A DNA stretch of 64,000 nucleotides from NCBI GenBank assembly GCA_051382335.1, contig JBBCAX010000034.1, positions 20,512-84,511 of the forward strand. The letters are read 5' to 3'. Shown here piece after piece: positions 33,201-39,668 of the stretch. The notes beneath the pieces were generated by a model, which saw nothing but the letters and a program-made list of their open reading frames with translations, was not told the DNA's origin and searched no databases. The position numbers were made by a program, and so were the translations under genes. Position 1 is the first letter of the stretch. Every line of letters begins with the position of its first letter. Source of the DNA: Deltaproteobacteria bacterium TL4 (GTDB taxonomy: Bacteria > SAR324 > NAC60-12).

Positions 33201-35780
33201 ATTTATTATACGCATGAGTTCTTTCTTAGTTGGAAGACGCCAATCTGAATAAGACGCCAAGGTTAAATTGGCACAATAGCTTTCCGAAGCGTATGACCAA
33301 GGTTCTCTAAAGCTATTTTCACCTTGTTGCCACATTAATCCTGTTATCTTATCTGTGATAGTTCCGTCACTATTATCTATGTAAGAAAGTTCGTTATATA
33401 AATAATCATGATCTTCTCCAAACGTTTGTGTATAACCGATCGTTTGTCCAGTATCAGGAATATGATAACCGTAAATACCAACATCAACAATAGGAGCGTT
33501 TGCACATATCCTATTTTCACCTTCATCATTTTCGGTGAAAACTAACAGGTGGGTTACTCCTGAGGGAATCGGTGTATTAGCATCAAAACTGTATGATAAA
33601 TTACCTCCTGTTTTTGCAATGGAGCTAATTGCGGTAGAACTTTGTTTCGTGGTACTATTAATCCCCCAATAGAGAACGTAGTGGGTTATATCACTTTCAT
33701 CACTGGCTTTGAAAATTCTTACTTCTCCACTCAGTCTCCGAACATTAATATCGGTGTCGGTAAAGGTTACACTGAGGTCTGTGCAGGGTGAAACGGCTTC
33801 AATGATAACCACGTTGACCCCAGAGCTCATCTCTCCATCGGCATTTTTTGTAAATACCAAAAGGTGAGTCGCTTCTGATGGTATTGTTGTATTATTTGGA
33901 AAGGTATACGTTAAATTGCTTCCGGTTTTTTCTATAGTAGTAATTGGAGTAAGGCTTTGCTTGGAGGAACTACTCGATCCCCAGTAAAGAACGTAATGTG
34001 TAACATCGTTTTCGTCACTGGCCTTAGTCATTGTGACATCACCAGCTAATTGGCTGCCATCTAAATCAGTATCAGTAAAAGCCACACTAGAGGCGGCACT
34101 TGTGGGAACTCCCAAGTCAGTAATAGCCACGTTGATCCCCGTGCCCATTTCGCCATCAGTATTTTTTGTAAACACCAGTAAATGGGTTGCTCCTGAGGGA
34201 ATGGAGGTATCCAAGCTAAATGGGTGAGTCACATTACTTCCTGTTACAGCCAGGGAGGTGATTTCGGATGTACTTTGTTTTGCTGTAGAACTCGTCCCCC
34301 AGTAAAGAACGTAATGTGTAACATCGCTTTCGTCACTGGCTTTGATAATCGTTATATCGCCAGCTAACTGGCCGCCATCGAGATCAGTATCATTGAAGAT
34401 CACACTTACTGCGGCGTTTATTGGAACCCCTAAGTCAGTAATAGCCACGTTGATCCCAGTGCCCATTTCTCCATCGGCATTTTTTGTAAATACCAAAAGA
34501 TGAGTCGCTTCTGATGGTATTGTTGTATTATTTGGAAAGGTATACGTTAAATTGCTTCCGGTTTTTTCTATAGTAGTAATTGGAGTAAGGCTTTGCTTGG
34601 AGGAACTACTCGATCCCCAGTAAAGAACGTAATGTGTAACATCGTTTTCGTCACTGGCTTTAGTGACTGCTACATTTCCAGCCAACTTTCCACCCTCAAA
34701 GTCTGTATCTGTGAAGGACATACTGATCGCACTATGAGTTGGTACTCCTAAATCAGTAATAGCCACATTCACTCCTATCCCCATCTCTCCATTTGCGTTT
34801 TTAGTAAATACCAAAAGGTGAGTCGCTTCTGATGGTATTGTTGTATTATCTGGGAAGGTATGCGTTAAATTGCTTCCGGTTTTAACGATAGTAGAAATTG
34901 GTTTAGCACCTTGCTTCTTGTTAGAACTCGTCCCCCAGTAAAGAACGTAATGTGTAACATCGCTTTCGTCACTGGCTTTAGTAATTGACAGAAATCCTCC
35001 AAGTTCACCTCCATCTGGATCAAGATCAGTATAAGAAACGCTAACTGCGGCATTTTGAGGGGGGGGATGATTATCTGAATTCTGTTCTATTTCAGTAATG
35101 CTGTTATTAAGGTGAGCGGTTGCTTCTTCACTGGAAACAAGGGTTTGTTTTCCACCTGTCAACGCTGTTTCTTTTGAGACAGCTATAACCACTGACTGTA
35201 CCGTATTATCCGCTTCAAAAATTTCAGGAGGTACGTTAAAGTTTATCGTTTCCGCAACGTTCTCAATGGCGATAACAACAGCGGGAGTGATCGTAATCCC
35301 ATTTGTAGGATCGCCATCATCATCCAGAGTTTGTAGAAACCGCGCAATATTGGTGACGGCCTGATTGGATGCGTCGGTTGCGTTTTCTACTAGGTCTACA
35401 GGTGTAACAGTAGATTTTGCTTCCCCTTCACCAAGTACAATGCCTCCTACCGAAAATTGGACTCTGTTTCCTTCCTCGTAATAAAAGGTACCATATTCAT
35501 CAGTATTTCCTCTTTGTCCTCCTGAGACATAGACCACTCCATCCACCGGACTGTCTAAAAAGATGCCTTTCAGGATTTCAAGAGAGGCCTCTTGTTGTGA
35601 TGAAGTGTCCGAGTCCTCAGGGTGAGTCGCTTCTGAATTATCTGTTTCTTTGCTTTCTTCTATATTAGAAGTCCCTTTTTTTTCAGAATCATCTTTTCCT
35701 GATGTGTTATCACAACCATGAGTAAAGATCATACTTCCACAGAAAGTGAAAATTATAATTAGTATATTTATGTTTTTCAT
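30294..35780 (-). CDS. Large surface lipoprotein: 7 copies of a ~110-aa beta repeat plus 6 DUF1566/Lcl domains
   Basis: Lipobox-like IFTHGC; 7x FTDTD..GG.LAG..TKASDE..VTHYVLYWG; 6x DN.DGT.TD..GL.WQK..WRLP..EL..VRCVR. Confidence 0.88.
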   Translation of the reverse strand: MKNINILIIIFTFCGSMIFTHGCDNTSGKDDSEKKGTSNIEESKETDNSEATHPEDSDTSSQQEASLEILKGIFLDSPVDGVVYVSGGQRGNTDEYGTFYYEEGNRVQFSVGGIVLGEGEAKSTVTPVDLVENATDASNQAVTNIARFLQTLDDDGDPTNGITITPAVVIAIENVAETINFNVPPEIFEADNTVQSVVIAVSKETALTGGKQTLVSSEEATAHLNNSITEIEQNSDNHPPPQNAAVSVSYTDLDPDGGELGGFLSITKASDESDVTHYVLYWGTSSNKKQGAKPISTIVKTGSNLTHTFPDNTTIPSEATHLLVFTKNANGEMGIGVNVAITDLGVPTHSAISMSFTDTDFEGGKLAGNVAVTKASDENDVTHYVLYWGSSSSSKQSLTPITTIEKTGSNLTYTFPNNTTIPSEATHLLVFTKNADGEMGTGINVAITDLGVPINAAVSVIFNDTDLDGGQLAGDITIIKASDESDVTHYVLYWGTSSTAKQSTSEITSLAVTGSNVTHPFSLDTSIPSGATHLLVFTKNTDGEMGTGINVAITDLGVPTSAASSVAFTDTDLDGSQLAGDVTMTKASDENDVTHYVLYWGSSSSSKQSLTPITTIEKTGSNLTYTFPNNTTIPSEATHLLVFTKNADGEMSSGVNVVIIEAVSPCTDLSVTFTDTDINVRRLSGEVRIFKASDESDITHYVLYWGINSTTKQSSTAISSIAKTGGNLSYSFDANTPIPSGVTHLLVFTENDEGENRICANAPIVDVGIYGYHIPDTGQTIGYTQTFGEDHDYLYNELSYIDNSDGTITDKITGLMWQQGENSFREPWSYASESYCANLTLASYSDWRLPTKKELMRIINYGMYEPAIDTIFFPTSVSSAVWSSTVDSNDSNNVFAVSLGYGYVFSGSKTSEMYIKCVRKPSNLTFSYNDNGDGTITDNFSELMWQKEDDNTKKNGESSLSYCENLSLGGETDWRLPNIKELESITDDSKYNPVINTTYFINTKSDKYCSSTTRANNIRLYSWHVNFSNGEVHDHWKSNNECYVRCVRGSGESNVSFPVHTANSVAFLDTDTDVGELGGRVTIKKASDESNITHYVLYWGSDTTTKANSIPISTLSATGNNQTFDFDNTSIPSGSTHLLVFTKNTRGEMARGVNVIIFDNGRHGYYIPDTGQTISYTSTLGEDHDYLLNEPSYTDNDDGTITDNITGLIWQKEDDNTKRTWSEAQDYCNSLNLASFSDWQLPSKKTLMRIVNYRTYNSSINEAYFSKTKSSDYYWTASNYIAFSNTAWVIDFGSGVVYSSHMSLNNYVRCVRNGVSEFTLFTDNSDGTVTDNLSGLMWQKENDYYTKISWGESLSYCENLSLGGKTDWRLPNIKELESITNDSEFNPAIESTYFPNTYSSKYWSSTTFIFTAGMTQSWFVDFYYGFVERSEKTDTNHVKCVRGGHNGVVVDVGVPSHNATSVVFVDTDTDAGELGGSVTITKARYESDITHYVLYWGSSATTKVNSTPITTLAASGSNLSFDFDTNTSIPSGSTHLLVFTKNNNGEGPWVSEAIHDFTGHIPKAEQELSDASENRMSYTDNKDGTVTDNVTGLVWQKTNATNTPTMSDAVTYCENLELSFYSDWRVPSKKELIRIIIYNKELRYDESYFNFLDTGNYWSNTSYANNQDLAWDVSFRDGSVGSRSWGFKHGVRCVRGYSNTDSSFLDNGDGTITDNFSELMWQKEDDNTLKNRGNALSYCENLSQGGKTDWRLPNIKELESITDDLNYNPAINTSFFPNTKSSYYWSKTNYYDYDPISKNTVEIVWFVNFQNGEVKSENNISMYVRCVR

Positions 35781-35956
35781 ATTTCTACTTTGATTTGGCT
35801 TATTATTTTCAATAAAATCCCCCACCGCATACGGTCTCGCTAACGCAAAATATTCGGTATGCGAAAACGGGGTGTTTACGGACTAAACTCCCAAGAGAGT
35901 GGGGTACTAACCCAATGCTGTGCAATAAAAATTAATTCTTTTTTTATTAAATAAGT

Positions 35957-36136
35957 TCAAATGAACGTACCATCAAAGAAACTTATAGTCTTAGCATTCT
36001 CATTATTATCCTCGCTATGCAGAGTAGTAGACGACCAATAATGATGGGGGGCTTTTCTCTTTATTGTTATAGTTGCAACCAAAACAAAGGCTATAGAGAA
36101 GATCAAAAAGAAAAGGTAAATGGATGAAATTTTCAT
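35957..36136 (-). pseudogene. Signal peptide joined to a short Lcl-domain fragment
   Basis: Hydrophobic leader followed by YWSSTT..NAKTISFFDG. The 18 nt AGTAGTAGACGACCAATA (36023-36040) are identical to VR-A. Confidence 0.45.
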
Positions 36137-36203
36137 AATTCTCTTCCTGCAGGATGCTGATTTTGACATAGTCAAAGAGGACGGTTTAAGGGAATAATCC
36201 CCC

Positions 36204-36826
36204 TCAATTCATTTTGGCAAAAACCATTTCTATGATGTTTTCAAGGATTTCGATGTATTTATCAATTTCAGTAGAAGATAATGGCTTCACAGTTTTAATA
36301 GAGGATAAAAGCTCGTCGCTTACGACAGATTTTTTGGTTTCCATATCATTTACCCCTAGTTCAACAAGCTCTCTTTGGTATGAGTAATAATCTTCAAGAG
36401 AAAAAGAGGGATTATCGTTTACTTTATCTAATAGCAGCCTTGCAGCGTATTGATTATAGGTATTATGAATATGTTGTTCAACATAGCTAATTTGACCATT
36501 TAAGATTTTTTTGATTTCTTCTTTTGCTGTTTTTTGTTGAACCTCATCATGATAGATGGTTTCCATCGCAAGATGAACAATATTTTGAATGTGCATTGGA
36601 TAAACTTCTGGACCAACAGCATAATATCCAGCACGCCCCTTGTTCTCTCACCGTACACTGGCGTGAACGTCTCAACCACATTATCAACAACAGCTTGTCC
36701 TGTTTCACATTCCTCTGAATCTAGTTCATCAGCACACGCATTCAGGAGCATTATTGTACAAACAATAATGCTGCTAATAATACAGTTGATTTTAGATTGG
36801 TTAATATTGACTTCAATCCCCATCAT
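36204..36826 (-). pseudogene. Hypothetical lipoprotein split by a frameshift near 36645
   Basis: Lipobox-like LLNAC ORF (36500-36826) overlaps ORF 36204-36596; the frames can be joined at a GAGAGA run. Confidence 0.5.
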
Positions 36827-36899
36827 TTGAAGTACCTGTGTTGTTTATAAATTGTGAAAACTTTAAGGCAAAACCCTTTGTCTGAATTTAAAAAAAATT

Positions 36900-36968
36900 C
36901 GACAAGGGGCAAGCCCCTGTACCCCGCTTTTTTAAATAATCAAATTCCCAAATAATCAAATAATCAAC
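36900..36968 (-). promoter_or_regulatory. Putative DGR target-recognition region downstream of VR-B (TTATTTGA repeats plus hairpin)
   Basis: The stop is followed by repeated (G)ATTATTT units and then an AGGGG-CTTG-CCCCT hairpin. A near-identical copy follows VR-A; VR-C has similar repeats but no matching hairpin. Confidence 0.55.
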
Positions 36969-37109
36969 TCACAAGCCTCCTCGGACGCAACGGACATAGT
37001 TCGTATTAGTCTTATAGTAGCCGTCCACGTAACCATTGTAGAAGTACACGTACCACGCATAGCTCGTATAGCTAGCGCTGGTAGTGGACGACCAATAGTT
37101 CGACGACTT
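36969..37109 (-). repeat. DGR variable region VR-B
   Basis: 36969-37142 aligns with 39528-39701 with 16 mismatches, all at positions 1-2 of NNY codons. Confidence 0.9.
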
Positions 37110-37403
37110 GGTATTAGGAAAATAGGTTGAATTAATGGCAGGACTATAGACAGAATAATCAACAATGGATTGCAGTTCGTTTTTACTGGGGAGCCGCCAA
37201 TCGGTTCTGCCACCTAAAGTCAAGCCTTCACAATAAGTCAAGGCGGTTTCCCAATTGCGAGCGGTGTTATCATCTGCTTTTTGCCATATCAATCCTGATT
37301 CATTATCGGTTACTGTTCCATCTGCATTGTCTGTAAAAGAAGCGGCATAAACCACGTTGACCAAAAATAAAAATAGCCCCATCCAACAGATATATTTTTT
37401 CAT
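36969..37403 (-). CDS. Secreted single-domain DUF1566/Lcl protein, DGR target (VR-B)
   Basis: Signal peptide plus a complete Lcl domain; AGGAG RBS; lies directly downstream of the RT. Confidence 0.9.
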   Translation of the reverse strand: MKKYICWMGLFLFLVNVVYAASFTDNADGTVTDNESGLIWQKADDNTARNWETALTYCEGLTLGGRTDWRLPSKNELQSIVDYSVYSPAINSTYFPNTKSSNYWSSTTSASYTSYAWYVYFYNGYVDGYYKTNTNYVRCVRGGL

Positions 37404-37429
37404 TTTCTTCTCCTTTTCAAAGTTTTTTA

Positions 37430-38848
37430 TTAATTCAAGTGTTCTTGTTTATTGGCAGGAAACAACACTTTTTCGGTGATGACTCGTTTCTTTAAACCTG
37501 AACTGTAATACCCCTCTTCATCAACGACAATGTACGAGTAGCCATGCGCTAATATTCGCTTTTTGAAATGTTTTAACAATCTTTTGGGAAATCCGCATTG
37601 TCCTCGAAATCCTCGCTTTCCTTCTTCCATTTTCAGATTTAATAATTTCGAAGCCTGTATCGCCCTTTCGTCATATAATTCATAGTATTGACCCACCTGA
37701 AAAAAAATGAAAAATGTTTTGTAACGACCAGAAAACCAATAATATTGGTTTTTAAATTTTTTTGGAATATAAGGGGGTTCATAGAGAGGACGTAACTGAT
37801 TTTGTTTATCCAATAAAAACAGATGGTTCAACCAAGGATTTTTTCCCCAAATAGCTTGGGTCAATTGAGAGGCATCAGCGTGTTTAAAGTGTCCAATGTA
37901 AGAAGCCAGTGTTTGTCGAACAGCGTTTCTGTTTTCCAAAGACAAATCAATCATAACAGACTGTAACACTTCTGAGACCTCATCGGAGGGGGGTGTAGCC
38001 GAAACACAACTAATAAATGTTTTACTTTGTTTTATTGACGGCCTATCCCCCTGTCTTTTTATTTTGTTTTGAAAAACAATTTGTTTTTCAAGAGAGATGA
38101 GTTTCAGCTTCATGTTACTCACAACCCTGTTCCGAACAAGGGTATAACCGGGTCTGACAATATATCCCAAAAAATCAGACCCTTCACTCACTCGTTTTAG
38201 GATCACTCCAGGTTTCAAGGTCAAAGTCAGTTTTTGGTTGAGAAACACTTCGATAGACTCTTTCATGTGGAACAAGCGTTCTTTTGAGGGGTCTAGTAGA
38301 ATAAAATCGTCCATATACCTCACGTAAAACTGGCATTTTAGGCGGTGTTTTACGTATTGATCCAGCTCATTGAGATAGATATTAGCAAAAAACTGAGAAG
38401 TTAAGTTACCAATGGGCAAGCCTTTCCCTGGTAAAGTATGAAAGAGCGACTTATGAGGTGGAACCCTATCTAACAAGTCAGGGACACCTCGATAAGTGTA
38501 GTTTTCTATACAGGGATGTTGAAGAATTATCTTTGTCATTTGTAACAACGATTCCTCTTTTAAATGCTTTTGAATGATATCAAGCAGGATTTCCCGATCA
38601 ATACTCATAAAAAAACTCCGTATATCCAACTGTAGAAACCATGCGGTCACTTTCCCGCTTTTTGTGACACGAAGCATAAAGGAACGTAACCGCTCAACCG
38701 CAGCATGAGTTCCCTTGTTTTTTCTACAGGCGTAAGAATCATCAATAAACTTTGGTTCCCAAATTTGCTCCAAATGAGGAACCAGCAAATGATGAATAAC
38801 TCTGTCTCTAAAGTCCGCTGCGAAAACTTCTCTGAGTTTTGGTTTTCC
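37430..38848 (-). CDS. DGR reverse transcriptase with C-terminal MutS domain-I fusion; N-terminus missing
   Basis: KPKLREVFAADFRDRVIHH, SYACRKNKGTH, LDIRSFF, GLPIGNLTSQFFANIYLNELD, YVRYMDDF, DFLGY; C-terminal FFQVGQYYELYDERA..ASKLLNL..CGFP. An in-frame TGA at 38849-38851 caps the frame. Confidence 0.9.
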   Translation of the reverse strand, partial: GKPKLREVFAADFRDRVIHHLLVPHLEQIWEPKFIDDSYACRKNKGTHAAVERLRSFMLRVTKSGKVTAWFLQLDIRSFFMSIDREILLDIIQKHLKEESLLQMTKIILQHPCIENYTYRGVPDLLDRVPPHKSLFHTLPGKGLPIGNLTSQFFANIYLNELDQYVKHRLKCQFYVRYMDDFILLDPSKERLFHMKESIEVFLNQKLTLTLKPGVILKRVSEGSDFLGYIVRPGYTLVRNRVVSNMKLKLISLEKQIVFQNKIKRQGDRPSIKQSKTFISCVSATPPSDEVSEVLQSVMIDLSLENRNAVRQTLASYIGHFKHADASQLTQAIWGKNPWLNHLFLLDKQNQLRPLYEPPYIPKKFKNQYYWFSGRYKTFFIFFQVGQYYELYDERAIQASKLLNLKMEEGKRGFRGQCGFPKRLLKHFKKRILAHGYSYIVVDEEGYYSSGLKKRVITEKVLFPANKQEHLN

Positions 38849-39060
38849 TCACTGCAATCCCGTAATTGGGTCAATGCCTGGTATTTTTCAAATTGAGAGT
38901 TTGCTTGAATGACCAACGTCACCAATTTTCGGGACAAATTCCGAAGATCCTGCCCCAAGGCGTATTTATGGGAGCGAGGAAAATCTTTTACAATTTGTTC
39001 AGTCAAAACCGCTAACTCCATTGTTTTTTTATAAAGGGGTAAGTTTTCGTAATAAGCCAT
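38847..39060 (-). pseudogene. avd: Avd-like four-helix-bundle accessory protein, 3'-truncated (ORF reads on out of frame into the RT to 38647)
   Basis: LPLYKK..L..IVKDFPRSHKYALGQDLR resembles Avd. After LRDCSEE the DNA is RT coding sequence in another frame. Confidence 0.75.
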
Positions 39061-39380
39061 TATGTGGAAGCCTTAAGTCGAATGACCTCAGAAACAATTC
39101 GGGTCTTGTTTTCGTCCTGAAATGCAATCGCCACAGACTGTCCAGCTCGTAATAGTTTGCCTATATACGCATCCAGTCCTGATTTGGGAAAGCCTCCTGT
39201 CACATAGGGTTTTTCAGGGGTTCCCCCCATTTTTAATTTCAGACCTGTCAGCTGTGATAGCGTTTTAGCGTCTTCATTCATCAACTGCATGAAAGCACCT
39301 ACCTGCATCAGCAGGATGGTATCAGGTTCTTTTGTTTTAAGGTCTTCATATTGTAAAACTAATTTCTCTGAGTTCATCAT
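39060..39380 (-). CDS. Stand-alone MutS domain-I-like protein (MSL-type DGR accessory gene)
   Basis: QYEDLK..EPDTILLMQVGAFMQLMNEDA..LSQLTGLKL..GFP..LDAYIGKLLRAGQSVAI. Its stop overlaps the avd start (TAATG). Confidence 0.82.
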   Translation of the reverse strand: MMNSEKLVLQYEDLKTKEPDTILLMQVGAFMQLMNEDAKTLSQLTGLKLKMGGTPEKPYVTGGFPKSGLDAYIGKLLRAGQSVAIAFQDENKTRIVSEVIRLKAST

Positions 39381-39527
39381 AAGTCTTTCTCTTTCAAATT
39401 GTATTGATTCCTTTAATTTATGGGAATTCCCCCATTTTTCAGAGCTATCGTCAAAATGTAAAAAAAAATTTTCAGGCTCCGCCATTTTAAAAAAATAATC
39501 AAATTTCCAAATAACCAAATAACCGAC

Positions 39528-39668
39528 TCACAAGCCTCCTCGGACGCAACGGACATAGTACGTATTAGTCTTATCGTAGCCGTACACGTGACCATAGTAG
39601 AAGTTCACGCTCCACGCAGAGCTCGTACCGTAAGCGTAGGTAGTGGACGACCAATAGTACGACGACTT
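39528..39668 (-). repeat. DGR variable region VR-C
   Basis: 3' end of the large lipoprotein gene; differs from VR-B only at NNY positions 1-2. Confidence 0.9.

Noticed and set aside
36969..37109. VR-B (adjacent to the RT) as the template repeat
   Set aside because: It has non-A bases at most variable sites (TAC, AGC, GAC, TAT) and lies in an intact gene with a signal peptide. A TR should have A at every variable site.
38647..38846. C-terminal half of the 137-aa avd ORF as real protein
   Set aside because: It is the out-of-frame reading of RT coding sequence.
37430..38848. Group II intron, retron or Abi reverse transcriptase
   Set aside because: No maturase/HNH domain or intron domain V/VI seen; the LPIGNLTSQ motif, the avd neighbour and the VRs point to a DGR.
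39381..39518. N-terminal 46 codons of the 152-aa ORF
   Set aside because: They overlap the post-VR repeat region; MutS-I similarity begins at the ATG at 39380.
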